From NCBI GenBank assembly GCA_964547685.1, contig CAZJOU010000001.1, positions 17,911 to 60,291 on the forward strand: 42,381 bases of DNA. Reading direction: 5' to 3'. The notes below the pieces were generated by a model, which was given only the letters and a program-made list of their open reading frames with translations, did no database searches and was not told the origin of the DNA. The translations under genes were made by a program, and so were the position numbers. The stretch comes from an uncultured Treponema sp. (GTDB taxonomy: Bacteria > Spirochaetota > Spirochaetia > Treponematales > Treponemataceae). The first letter of the stretch is position 1. Each line of letters starts with the position of its first letter. Positions 18,324-28,360 of this stretch are shown here, piece after piece.

Positions 18324-20290
18324 TATCTATATCCTTCCGGACCTTTAGAAACGTCCAGCGCAGGCGGTTGATATTTTCCGCGTTTTGCAAACGAATTTTC
18401 GTAATAAAAAGTGCAACCAGTTACTTCTGTATGAATTTCGTCCATAACATCGCGCACAAAAATTTTTGTTCCAGGATAAGTAGTTCCTTCTACTTTTACT
18501 TTTCCTACTGCTTTTAATTCGCGAAGATGAGTTTGAAGTGCTTCTATTTCTTTATTTATTTCGTTCGATTCTGTAAGAATTTCGCTTTTGCGTGTTTGGA
18601 ACTTTTTTAAACTTTCTTCTTTATCTTTTGGAAGTGAACGTCGCACTTTTTGCTGATTTTCCAAAGTAGAAATATCCATTTCCAAATTTTCAAGTTCTTT
18701 TACAAGCGAAGCCTGTTGTTCTTGCAAATCGTCTAGTTTTTTCTTTGCTCGTGGATCAACGCCAACAGACAAAGTTGTAGCCGCCCCACCACCTGGCGAA
18801 CCTACAGTTTTTGCGCAAATTTCTTCTGTAGCAAAAAGCGTTCCGCCAGTTATTTGCGCTTTTTTTCCGTAAAGTACAATATTTTTCATTGCAGTAACGT
18901 TACAGTTCATAAGACTGTCTGTTGCAATTACGTTTTCTTCTACTTCTATGTTTGTTTCCTGACAAAATTTACACCAAAGCGATTTTCCGGCTTTTATAGA
19001 ACCTTCGTTTTTTCCAAAAACACCTTGATGAATTACAATATCGCCATTTTCTGATTCAATATGACTTTTTCCTACCGTTCCGCCAATATCAATAGTTCCT
19101 GTAGCGCGAACATCAAATCCATCTTCTACAGCACCTTTTATAATTACTGCACCAACAAATTTTATATTTCCAGATTTAATATTAACTGCATCTAAAGTTA
19201 AAAGCGGTTCTACAGAAACTTTTCCGTTTTCAAAAATAACTTGCCCGTCGCAAGAAGCAAGGATTGTAACTCCGTCTTTGTCAAAATGAACATTTTTTCC
19301 AAGTTGAACTTGAATATCTTTTCCGTTCTGTGCTTCCAAATAGTGCGCAAAAAGAGTTTTTCCGCCCTTTCCTTTTGTTGCTGCAATTTTTACAGCAAGA
19401 ACTTGGTCTGTAACAACGTTTTGAATATTGTTTAGTTCCTTAAAGTCTATATTTCCGCTCTTAGATTCTTGCGCGCGTAACTTACTTCTGTCTGTTTCAA
19501 AATTATACTGAACATAAGCGTCTTTGCCGTTTTCTGGAAGAATTGCAGAAGCAACTTCAAAAGGAGTTCCGTAAACTGGATTATCAACAAATTCGTTTAT
19601 TTTTTCTTCGTTAATTCCACAACGAACGCCTTGCGCTTTTAATGCAGTTTCAATTTGTTCTGGCGTACATTCTGCGCCACTCATTGCAGGCGCATCTACA
19701 GTTATTGTTCCGTGCATTTCGTCGCTAGAAACTTCTACAGAAATTACAGCGTCCGCAGCAGCAATGTGATTATAAGAACCAACTGTTTCGTACTTTCCGT
19801 TTGTTCCGTTCTTTATTAATTTATTTATAAGTTTTTCGTCAACTGTTTGTGTATCTGGACGTTTTACAGAATCAAGGACATCTTCTATATTTACAGGTCT
19901 TCCGTTTCCTTCTGGAAGTATAACTTTAAGTTTAATAGACGAACCAAAATGACGAACATAAAAAAGTCCATCGCGATTTACAATAGTTTGCTTATCTTCA
20001 AATGCGCTTTCGTCAAAAAGGTCATCAGAAGCCGCTTTTCGTTTTGCAGCTGCAACATCAGAATTTTGATATATTTTTAGTTTCCACGGCTTTTTTCCAA
20101 TTCCTAAAAAACCGTTACTTCCCTTTTCTAAAACTTCGTATTCTAAAGAATTTTGTTTTGTATCAAGCTGGACAGAAGCATCCGCTAACGCTTCGTCTAT
20201 AGTAGAAGCATTTACTTCTACGCTAGTAAGTTCTTTATCAACTTCGAGGCGTTTAGACATTTCTTCTCGGATTCTATCTAGCGAATACAT
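18323..20290 (-). CDS. fapA: FapA/DUF342 family protein with N-terminal Jag_N domain
   Basis: Jag_N-like residues ~24-73 (…YEVLEKGSNGFLGIGKKP). IDFKEL, SGNIKFVG beta-helix region and C-terminal coiled coil typical of DUF342. Confidence 0.82.
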   Translation of the reverse strand: MYSLDRIREEMSKRLEVDKELTSVEVNASTIDEALADASVQLDTKQNSLEYEVLEKGSNGFLGIGKKPWKLKIYQNSDVAAAKRKAASDDLFDESAFEDKQTIVNRDGLFYVRHFGSSIKLKVILPEGNGRPVNIEDVLDSVKRPDTQTVDEKLINKLIKNGTNGKYETVGSYNHIAAADAVISVEVSSDEMHGTITVDAPAMSGAECTPEQIETALKAQGVRCGINEEKINEFVDNPVYGTPFEVASAILPENGKDAYVQYNFETDRSKLRAQESKSGNIDFKELNNIQNVVTDQVLAVKIAATKGKGGKTLFAHYLEAQNGKDIQVQLGKNVHFDKDGVTILASCDGQVIFENGKVSVEPLLTLDAVNIKSGNIKFVGAVIIKGAVEDGFDVRATGTIDIGGTVGKSHIESENGDIVIHQGVFGKNEGSIKAGKSLWCKFCQETNIEVEENVIATDSLMNCNVTAMKNIVLYGKKAQITGGTLFATEEICAKTVGSPGGGAATTLSVGVDPRAKKKLDDLQEQQASLVKELENLEMDISTLENQQKVRRSLPKDKEESLKKFQTRKSEILTESNEINKEIEALQTHLRELKAVGKVKVEGTTYPGTKIFVRDVMDEIHTEVTGCTFYYENSFAKRGKYQPPALDVSKGPEGYR

Positions 20291-20293
20291 TTT

Positions 20294-21124
20294 TTACATA
20301 ATTCCTTTGCGTAAATTAGTAAGTTTTGCACGTAATCGCAAGTTTGCTTTTGTATGAAGTTGCGAAATGCGCGATTCTGAAACATCAAGAACTTCGCCAA
20401 TTTCCTTAAAAGTTAAGTCTTCGTGATAGTACAAAACTATAACCATTTTTTCTTTTTCTGGAAGTTCGTTAATTGCCTGAATTATTACTTTTCTAATTTC
20501 TTCGCGTTCTGCAATTACATCTGGATTAAGACTAGAAGGCGATTCTATAGAGTCGCCAATAGACATACTGTCGCTATTGTCGCCAGAATACCAAACTTCA
20601 TTTAAGGAAAGAACGCTTGTTCCAGAAACTTTCATTACTGTGCGATGATATTCATCTTCGCTCATTTTTAGCGCGCCAGCAATTTCTGTGTCGGTTGCTG
20701 TGCGACCCAATTTTGCTTCCAAATCAACAATTGTGTCTTCTATTTCGCGAGACTTTTGACGCACAGAACGCGGAACCCAATCTATTTCGCGAAGCTCGTC
20801 AAAAATTGCCCCGCGAATGCGCGTTACAGCATAAGTTTTAAATTTTACGCCTTTTGCAGGATCATATTTATTTATTGCGTCTAAAAGTCCAAATTGACCA
20901 AATCCAACTAAATCGTCAAATTCTACGCTATTTGGCATTCCAACGGCAACTTTTCCGGCAACATACTTTACAAGTGGCATATATTGCCTAATAAATTTAT
21001 CGCGAAGTTTTGTAGATTTTGTTTTACGATATTCTTCCCAAAGCAAATCTTCTTCTTTTTCATCGTTTACAGATGCAGATTCAGAGATTTGTTCTTTTTT
21101 TTCTTCAGCTGTAATTTCGTCCAT
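20294..21124 (-). CDS. fliA: RNA polymerase sigma-28 factor (FliA/WhiG)
   Basis: FKTYAVTRIRGAIFDELREIDWVPRSVR and LTFKEIGEVLDVSESRISQLH motifs. Confidence 0.96.
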   Translation of the reverse strand: MDEITAEEKKEQISESASVNDEKEEDLLWEEYRKTKSTKLRDKFIRQYMPLVKYVAGKVAVGMPNSVEFDDLVGFGQFGLLDAINKYDPAKGVKFKTYAVTRIRGAIFDELREIDWVPRSVRQKSREIEDTIVDLEAKLGRTATDTEIAGALKMSEDEYHRTVMKVSGTSVLSLNEVWYSGDNSDSMSIGDSIESPSSLNPDVIAEREEIRKVIIQAINELPEKEKMVIVLYYHEDLTFKEIGEVLDVSESRISQLHTKANLRLRAKLTNLRKGIM

Positions 21125-21139
21125 ATAAACCTTACCTTA

Positions 21140-21985
21140 TTATTCTTCTTTATCTTTTGCAAGCACAGTGCTAATAGCCTTTGCCATTAATTCCGCATTT
21201 TTGTCATCTGTAGCATCTTTTTTTGCCGCAGGTGAAGTTGATTTATTTTCAGAAAAATCAGAAACACCATCATCTTGGCTAGAAGATGCAGAATATGCTT
21301 CGTTTCCTTCTGAAATTTCTTCCAAATCTGGCAAAACATCAAGAGATTCTTCGCCGTTATCTTCTTTAAAATCTGGAAGAGAAGACATTTGCGCAGTTTT
21401 TTCGTCTGCTTTTATTTCATTTATTGTTTTAGATTCTACGCTAGAAAAATTATCTGCATTTTCCGAATTAGTTACAGGAACAAATCCGCTATCTTGCGAA
21501 GAAGCATTTGCTTGTTTTACTTTTTCTAAGTTTGAATCTGACACTTCTGAAGAAGTTTTTTCGCTATTTTCTTGATTTTCTAAATTAGAATTTTCTGCAT
21601 TATTTTCTGCTTTTGGCGTTGGTTCTTTTTTAGGTTCGTTTATATCTTCAGAATTTAACATTTGATGATTTGAACCAACAAAAAACTTTGCACCGTCTTC
21701 TTCGTTTGGAAGGTCTTCGTCTTGAATAACAATATCTACAGAATGATTTCCAGAACTCCCAGATTTAGAAGTGCTAGAAGAAGTTTGCGCTAAAGGTTCA
21801 CCAATATTTAGAACTTTATCGGAAAGAACTTGTATTATTACCGCCAAAACAGCAAAGCAAATTGCAAAGCCAAGCGCAATTACAAAGCGCATTCCAATAC
21901 TTCGTGCTACAGTTCTAAAACTAGCCAAAAAGGAAAGTAGAAAGCCGAAAATTGCAAAGCCAATGACGAATTTTACATTTTTCAT
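21140..21985 (-). CDS. Hypothetical membrane protein (2 TM, acidic disordered region, C-terminal helix)
   Basis: 281 aa with GGGAGG SD; S/E/D/N-rich middle; ends AELMAKAISTVLAKDKEE. Confidence 0.75.
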   Translation of the reverse strand: MKNVKFVIGFAIFGFLLSFLASFRTVARSIGMRFVIALGFAICFAVLAVIIQVLSDKVLNIGEPLAQTSSSTSKSGSSGNHSVDIVIQDEDLPNEEDGAKFFVGSNHQMLNSEDINEPKKEPTPKAENNAENSNLENQENSEKTSSEVSDSNLEKVKQANASSQDSGFVPVTNSENADNFSSVESKTINEIKADEKTAQMSSLPDFKEDNGEESLDVLPDLEEISEGNEAYSASSSQDDGVSDFSENKSTSPAAKKDATDDKNAELMAKAISTVLAKDKEE

Positions 21986-22025
21986 CTTCTACCTCCCACT
22001 TAGAAAATTAAAAATACGATATTTT

Positions 22026-22031
22026 ATTATA
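22026..22031 (-). promoter_or_regulatory. Possible internal sigma70 -10 box for the hyp-fliA-fapA subcluster
   Basis: TATAAT in the 115 nt gap between flhG and the hypothetical gene; no convincing -35. Confidence 0.35.
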
Positions 22032-22100
22032 TACCAATTATTAGCAAAAAGACAGAAAAAAAAGTTATTTAGAGCCTATTTTACGACCTTTTTGCTTAAG

Positions 22101-22997
22101 TTATTTTTTCTTACCAAGAAATTTCTTTAAGAACGAAGATACGCCTTCGTTTCCTTCATCACCTGTTTTTTCTATTCGCCCTACAATATGTTTTAAGCAA
22201 ACAGAAGGCTTAGAAGTTGGATTTACAACTATAAAAGGTTTTTGCCTAATTACAGAAGCCTGAACAATAGGATCATCGTAAACAAAACCAATATAATCTA
22301 CTTTATAACCTAAAAATTGACCTACAATCGTAATAATTCTGTCGGAAATTCGCTTTCCTTCGTCCGCAGAATGAACGCGATTTACTAAAAGTTTTAAGTT
22401 TACAGTTCGGTCAACAATTTCTGTTGTAATAATTTTAATAATTCCGTAAGCATCTGTAATTGCTGTTGGTTCAGGCGTTGTAACAACATAAACTTCGTCT
22501 GCAGCAGCAACAAACTGAAGAACATTATTTGCAATTCCCGCGCCTGTATCAATAATAATTATGTCAGCGTTTCCTAAAGTGCTAAACTGTTTTGCAAAAT
22601 ATTCAAGTTCTTCTACGCTAAGGTTTGCAATTTTAGAAAATCCATTTGCACCAGCAATAAATTTTATTCCGAATTCTGTATCCAAAATAATTTCTTTCAT
22701 TGTCTTCTTTTTATTTATTACGTGCATAAGATTATATTGAGGAACAACGTTAAGAAGAACATTTACGTTTGCCATTCCTAAGTCGCCGTCTATTAGAATA
22801 ACTTTTTTGCCAAGTTGTGCGTAAGCAATAGCCATATTTACAGAAATGTTAGTTTTACCAACGCCACCTTTTCCGCTAGTTATTGCAATTATACGAGTTT
22901 TATGATTTTTATCAGAATAATCTTTTTCTTCTGTCTGGCTTGTTTCTGCCAAACCTCCGCTTAAAAGTTCGCGCAAACCTTCTGCTTGTTCTTCCAT
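22101..22997 (-). CDS. flhG: Flagellar number regulator FlhG (MinD-like ATPase)
   Basis: EQAEGLR N terminus, SGKGGVGKT, DTGAGI and TTPEPTAITDAY motifs; follows flhF. Confidence 0.93.
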   Translation of the reverse strand: MEEQAEGLRELLSGGLAETSQTEEKDYSDKNHKTRIIAITSGKGGVGKTNISVNMAIAYAQLGKKVILIDGDLGMANVNVLLNVVPQYNLMHVINKKKTMKEIILDTEFGIKFIAGANGFSKIANLSVEELEYFAKQFSTLGNADIIIIDTGAGIANNVLQFVAAADEVYVVTTPEPTAITDAYGIIKIITTEIVDRTVNLKLLVNRVHSADEGKRISDRIITIVGQFLGYKVDYIGFVYDDPIVQASVIRQKPFIVVNPTSKPSVCLKHIVGRIEKTGDEGNEGVSSFLKKFLGKKK

Positions 22998-22999
22998 AC

Positions 23000-24274
23000 T
23001 TAATTAACTCCAAATTTATCTTCAATATGTATTCTATCAACTTTAAATCCCATCATTCTGATGAGAAAATAAATTGCATCCGCTTTTTCTATGCAACCTG
23101 CCGCTTTTTGTCCGTTTGTAATGTAAGAAATACTTTTATTTTTTTCCCACATTACTGAAATTACGTTTCCATAGCGTTCAGATTCATCGCACTTTGTTAT
23201 TATAACAGAATTATAGCCAAATGGCTCGTAATTTCGCATAATATTAACTAAATCTCGCGATTTTGTAGAAGCAGTAACCGCCAAATAAATGTCAGGATTC
23301 ATTCCTGGAACATCAAGAGTTTCTTTCATAGCACCAATATGCGAAGAATCGTTTGGACTATAACCGCTTGTATCTATAAAAATTGCGTCAACATGATTTT
23401 TTACGTCTTCATAAATTTTTTGAACATCGCTTGCGTTTTCTGCTTTTAATACTTGAAGATTAAATAAACTTCCAAACTTAGAAAGTTGTTCTTGTGCGCC
23501 AACTCGCATTGTGTCTGTTGTTATAAAACAAATTTCGCTTTTTCGGTCTTGTTTTTTTGCTTGCATAACGTATTGAGCGGCAAGTTTTACCAAAGTTGTT
23601 GTTTTACCAACTCCTGTAGGACCTACAATAATTATAACGTGCGGATTTCTATAAACTTTTTCTGGCGCAATGTTTATTGTTTCGCCAATCAAATCTATAA
23701 CTGTTCGTTGAACATAATCTTTATCTTCTAATTGTTCCAAAGAGAGAGTTTTTAGTTTTTCTAAAATATGTTTGCAATACGGAAGTGTAAATTCGTTTTC
23801 GCTAAGCAAATTTTCAATCATTTCTATAGAAGGATGCGTTTCTGCACCAGAAGTTTTTTCTTTATTTTCTTCCATTGTTGTTTTTAATTCTTCTATAGAT
23901 TTTTTTAATTCATCAAACTGAGCATTGCTTATTGTTTGCTTTGGTAAATATGTTCCAGAAGCAGAATTTAACGAAGGATCTAAAGATTTTACTGCCATTT
24001 GTCGTAAAAAATCGTCTTTATTTTTCATAAACGAATCTGCATCCGTAGAAGGCAAAGAGTAAGATTGATTTTGATTTTCTCCGTGTTGTTTTACAACATA
24101 AGTAACTTCTAGCATTTCTTCGTTTAAAAGTCCAAAAAAACGACTTTTTAGCGACTGTTTTTTATTTACAATGTCGTAGTCATTTTGATATTTTTTATAA
24201 AGTTTTTCGCGCGCTTCTTTCATGCTTTTTGCATAAATAACTTGCGTTGGTTCTTTTATTTCTCTATCCATCAT
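23000..24274 (-). CDS. flhF: Flagellar SRP-like GTPase FlhF
   Basis: GPTGVGKTTT, DTMRVGAQEQL, DTSG, TKCDE and TNGQ motifs. Confidence 0.93.
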   Translation of the reverse strand: MMDREIKEPTQVIYAKSMKEAREKLYKKYQNDYDIVNKKQSLKSRFFGLLNEEMLEVTYVVKQHGENQNQSYSLPSTDADSFMKNKDDFLRQMAVKSLDPSLNSASGTYLPKQTISNAQFDELKKSIEELKTTMEENKEKTSGAETHPSIEMIENLLSENEFTLPYCKHILEKLKTLSLEQLEDKDYVQRTVIDLIGETINIAPEKVYRNPHVIIIVGPTGVGKTTTLVKLAAQYVMQAKKQDRKSEICFITTDTMRVGAQEQLSKFGSLFNLQVLKAENASDVQKIYEDVKNHVDAIFIDTSGYSPNDSSHIGAMKETLDVPGMNPDIYLAVTASTKSRDLVNIMRNYEPFGYNSVIITKCDESERYGNVISVMWEKNKSISYITNGQKAAGCIEKADAIYFLIRMMGFKVDRIHIEDKFGVN

Positions 24275-24280
24275 AAGACA

Positions 24281-26422
24281 TTATTCCTCATAAGCAATTT
24301 CACCAAGAACTTCTACAGAAATGTGATTTTTTGCCGCAGAAATTTCTTCAAAAGAAACAACTACGCACTTCATTTCTATTGTACTACCAAGTCCTCCGCT
24401 AAGCGATGATTCTACAATCATTCTTACAGCTTTTGGGCACATAATAATAGGAACAAAGCCCATTCCGTTTACATTTTTTGCAGCATTTTCTACACTAGCA
24501 TTCCACTTACGCTGGTCAACAGGATCCAAAGCCGGATAAGGATTTGAACCGTCATCTGGGAATTGCGCACTATCCAAAAGTTTTTCTGCCCAACCTTGAC
24601 TTAAATTTATTACTCTAAGTTTTCCGTCATTATCTGCGTATTGCAAACAAATTTGACTTCCAAGTGCTTCGCGAACATAATCAATAAGTTTCCAAGTTAC
24701 GCGTGTCATAGTTCCATAATTAGAAATAGTTTCTAGAATTGTAACAATATTTCTTATAGAAACTCGTTCTTTTAGCAAACCTTGAAGGATTTTTTCAATT
24801 TCACCAATAGAAAATTTGTGGTCGCCAGAAAGAACGTCATTAACAACAATTGGATTTTCTTTTTTAGTTTGTTCAAGAATAAGATTTACTTCTTCACGTC
24901 CAAGAATATCTGCTGCGTTATTTTTAATAATTTCTGTAATGTGCGTTGCAATTATTGTTGGGGAATCAACGACTGCATAACCAGCTTGTTCAGCCTCTGC
25001 ACGTTGCTCTTCTGGAAGCCAAATTGCAGGAAGTCCAAATGCTGGCTCTTTTGTAGGTTCGCCTTTTAAAACTTCTGTAACAGAACCTGTATTCATACAC
25101 ATATAATAACCTAAGCGAACTTGACTTTTTCCAGCAGGAATTCCGCGAATTTTAAAGCAATATTCGTTAGGATCTAGATTCATATTATCTACAATTCGTA
25201 TTTTTGGAACAGGAAGTCCCATATCTAAAGCGGCTTCTCGCCTAATTCTAGAAATTCGTTCTACAAGTTCCGCGCCTTTTTCTTTGTCAACAAGCGGAAT
25301 AAGAGCGTAACCAATTTCCAAACTTAAAGGATCTAGTGGAGCCACAGCATCTTGTTCTGGATTGTTTTGCGATTTTTTTCCATTTGTTTCTTCCGCTTTT
25401 TTTTGCGCTTCTAAAACTTTGTCTTTTTCTTTTTGTTTTGAAAGTCTATATCCGTAATAAAAAATAGCAGCACCAACTGGAATTAAAAGAAACTGAGTTC
25501 CACCGCGGAAAACAATTCCCATTGCTGCAAGAACTACGCCAATAATTTCGTAAATAGTTCCATCTATTGAAAATTCTTTTACAACTTTTTCGCCAAGCGT
25601 ATCTGGCGACTTATCTGCAGTAACAAGAAGTCCAGTTGCAAAAGAAAGCATTAACGAAGGCATTTGACTAAGAAGTCCATCACCAATTGTAAGTTTTGTG
25701 TAAATTGCAAGCGATTCGTTAAAAGAAAGATGATGATAAACCATTCCAACTATAAATCCGCCTACAAGGTTTACAACTGTAATAAAAATACCAGCTTTTA
25801 CGTTTCCAGAAACAAACTTAGAAGAACCGTCCATATTTGAATAAAAGTCAACATCGCGACGAAGTTGCTCTTTTTGATGAGTTGCTTCTTCTTCTGTAAT
25901 GTAGCCGTTAGCAAGTTGATTATCTATGTCAAGTTGCTTTATTTGCATAGAATCCAATGTAAAGCGCGCAGCAACTTCGGAAACGCGGCCAGAGCCTTTT
26001 GTAATTACAACAATTTGAACAACTACAAGAATTATAAAAATTACAAATCCAATAACAAGACTATTTCCGGCAACAATATTTGCAAACGCTTGAACCATTG
26101 AACTTTGTGTTTTTGCAAGCGCGTTTGCGTTGTTTCCTTGCGCAGAAAGAATAAGTCTTGTAGAAGAAATGTTTATTCCAAGTCCAAAAAGAGTTACAAA
26201 CAAAATTATTTGCGGAAAAGAAGACAAATCGGAAGCACGTGGCGTATAAACAACCGTAAGCAAAACTAAAAGCGCCAACGCCAAGTTTATAATCATAAGA
26301 AAATCTATTAAAACTTTTGGAATAGGAATAATTAGCATAAGAACTGTAACGATTGAAAAAACGCCAATCATATTAGTTCTTATGAAATTTAATATTTTTC
26401 CCCTACCGCTTTCGTTTGCCAT
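24281..26422 (-). CDS. flhA: Flagellar export gate protein FlhA
   Basis: RVSEVAARFTLDSM, MDGSSKFVSG and TIGDGLLSQ motifs. Start placed at the ATG at 26422 (MANES) after GGTGGGG. Confidence 0.95.
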   Translation of the reverse strand: MANESGRGKILNFIRTNMIGVFSIVTVLMLIIPIPKVLIDFLMIINLALALLVLLTVVYTPRASDLSSFPQIILFVTLFGLGINISSTRLILSAQGNNANALAKTQSSMVQAFANIVAGNSLVIGFVIFIILVVVQIVVITKGSGRVSEVAARFTLDSMQIKQLDIDNQLANGYITEEEATHQKEQLRRDVDFYSNMDGSSKFVSGNVKAGIFITVVNLVGGFIVGMVYHHLSFNESLAIYTKLTIGDGLLSQMPSLMLSFATGLLVTADKSPDTLGEKVVKEFSIDGTIYEIIGVVLAAMGIVFRGGTQFLLIPVGAAIFYYGYRLSKQKEKDKVLEAQKKAEETNGKKSQNNPEQDAVAPLDPLSLEIGYALIPLVDKEKGAELVERISRIRREAALDMGLPVPKIRIVDNMNLDPNEYCFKIRGIPAGKSQVRLGYYMCMNTGSVTEVLKGEPTKEPAFGLPAIWLPEEQRAEAEQAGYAVVDSPTIIATHITEIIKNNAADILGREEVNLILEQTKKENPIVVNDVLSGDHKFSIGEIEKILQGLLKERVSIRNIVTILETISNYGTMTRVTWKLIDYVREALGSQICLQYADNDGKLRVINLSQGWAEKLLDSAQFPDDGSNPYPALDPVDQRKWNASVENAAKNVNGMGFVPIIMCPKAVRMIVESSLSGGLGSTIEMKCVVVSFEEISAAKNHISVEVLGEIAYEE

Positions 26423-26449
26423 TAAGTCCCCACCCAAGCAAATTACTAA

Positions 26450-27547
26450 TTATTTTTTAGAGTCAAATTTTACAACTTCCGCATAAATTTGCGCAATTAC
26501 ACGAAAGTAATCTTCTGGTATTATAGCACCTACTTCTGTTCTTGTATAGAGTTCACGCGCCATAGGTTTATTTTCTACAATCGGAACAAAATTTTCCGTT
26601 GCAATTCTACGCATTGTAAGAGCAATAGAATCTTCGCCTTTTGCAGTAACTTGTGGAGCCGGAGCAAGATCAACATCATATTTTAACGAAACTGCAAAAT
26701 GCGTTGGGTTTGTAATTACAACGTCTGCCTCGCGAACTGCGTGCGGAATATTTTGCTGTGCCATTTGCATTGCTCTTTGTCGTATTCTTGACTTAACTTC
26801 TGGGTCGCCTTCCATTTCTTTATATTCTTGCTTTGCTTCGTATTTTGTCATTTTCATAGATTCCATAAATTCTCTTTTTTGAACAAAATAATCTGGAATT
26901 GCAATAACAATAAAAAGAACCGCCGTAACTACAAGAATTGTTCCCGCCATTCTAGAAATGCTAAAAACCGCTTGAACAATACTTTTATTTTGAATTTCCA
27001 TAAGAAGAACTGGAATATCGCGCCTTATAAGAAAGTATGAAATAAAAATTATTACAGAAACTTTTATTATAGATTTTAAAACGTTAAAAAATCCTTTAAA
27101 AGAAAAAAGCGTATTCTTAAAATATTGAGCAAAATTTGGAACAATTTTAGAAAATTTTGGAGCAATAGTTTTTGTAGTAAATAAAAAACCTTGATTTTGA
27201 ACAATATTAGAAATTATTCCAACCACAATACCAGAAAGAGCGATTGGAAGTACAATTTTTGCAAATTTTTCTGCAAAAATATAAAAAAAAGATGCATTTT
27301 TTACGTTCGTTTCATTTATATTATTAAAAAAATATTTAAGAACTTCTGCACATTCAAATAAAATTCGCTTTGCAAGCACAAAAAGAACCATAAGCGAAAA
27401 GAAAAACACAAGCGAACTATTAAGATCTGAACTTTTTGCAACTCTACCTTCTTCTCTTGCTTTTCTAAGCCTTGTTTCCGAAGGTTCTTCCGTTCTTCCT
27501 TCGTCTTCTGCCGCAAACCACTGAAGGTCAATATCTTCAAAGTTCAT
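26450..27547 (-). CDS. flhB: Flagellar export specificity switch FlhB
   Basis: RKAREEGRVAKS, EGDPEVK and the NPTH autocleavage motif. Confidence 0.96.
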   Translation of the reverse strand: MNFEDIDLQWFAAEDEGRTEEPSETRLRKAREEGRVAKSSDLNSSLVFFFSLMVLFVLAKRILFECAEVLKYFFNNINETNVKNASFFYIFAEKFAKIVLPIALSGIVVGIISNIVQNQGFLFTTKTIAPKFSKIVPNFAQYFKNTLFSFKGFFNVLKSIIKVSVIIFISYFLIRRDIPVLLMEIQNKSIVQAVFSISRMAGTILVVTAVLFIVIAIPDYFVQKREFMESMKMTKYEAKQEYKEMEGDPEVKSRIRQRAMQMAQQNIPHAVREADVVITNPTHFAVSLKYDVDLAPAPQVTAKGEDSIALTMRRIATENFVPIVENKPMARELYTRTEVGAIIPEDYFRVIAQIYAEVVKFDSKK

Positions 27548-28353
27548 TTTTGACCTCCAAGTAAAGATAACATTCTAATTAAATCGTTTAATCCTGTGTT
27601 AAACGAACGAATAAAAAAGTCGCACAAAGGTTCAAAAATCATTACAAGCAAAAGGAAAGCAAGCAAAATCATAACTGGAAAACCTTCGCTTAAAAGATTC
27701 ATTTGCGGTGCCGCTTTAGAAAGCAAACCTGTGCAAACTGTTATAAGAACAAGAGTTCCCATAATAGGAAGCGCAATTACAAAAGCATCTGCAAAAAGAT
27801 TTGAAAGTCCTTTTAAAAGAAAATTAACTACATTTTGTCTTCCGTTAATTAAATTAAAAACATTTACAGAAATAAAAGTTTGTCTTAATCCTGTTAGAAA
27901 AAGTTTTTGAAACCAATGATTTTGTAAAAATAAAAGAATTGCCGCAAAATTAAAAAATTGTCCTAAAAGCGGATTTTCTACTTGGTTTAAGGAATCGTAA
28001 ACTGCAGAAGCCGAAAATCCCATTTGAAAAGCAAAAAACTGAGCCGCTGTACTAAAAGCGGCAAAAATAATAGAAACGTAAAAACCAATTATAACGCCAA
28101 TTAACGCTTCTCCAATTAAAAGAAGAATATAGTCAATACTAAAAGTGCCGTCGCCTTGAATCCAAGTTGAATACGAAGAAAAATCTGCAAAGCCCATCAT
28201 TAAATAAGCCATATAACCAACCAAAGCGACTTTTGCAGTTCTAGAAACAGTTCGCATAGAAAAAAGTGGCAATGTAAAAATAAGTCCTGCGCAACGAGCA
28301 GCAACAAGCAAAAAAAGAGGCGCCGAATTTACAATTTCATCAACCATATTCAT
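27544..28353 (-). CDS. fliR: Flagellar export protein FliR
   Basis: FQMGFS and KAAPQMN motifs; hydrophobic; lies between fliQ and flhB. Confidence 0.93.
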   Translation of the reverse strand: MNMVDEIVNSAPLFLLVAARCAGLIFTLPLFSMRTVSRTAKVALVGYMAYLMMGFADFSSYSTWIQGDGTFSIDYILLLIGEALIGVIIGFYVSIIFAAFSTAAQFFAFQMGFSASAVYDSLNQVENPLLGQFFNFAAILLFLQNHWFQKLFLTGLRQTFISVNVFNLINGRQNVVNFLLKGLSNLFADAFVIALPIMGTLVLITVCTGLLSKAAPQMNLLSEGFPVMILLAFLLLVMIFEPLCDFFIRSFNTGLNDLIRMLSLLGGQK

Positions 28354-28360
28354 ATTTTAT

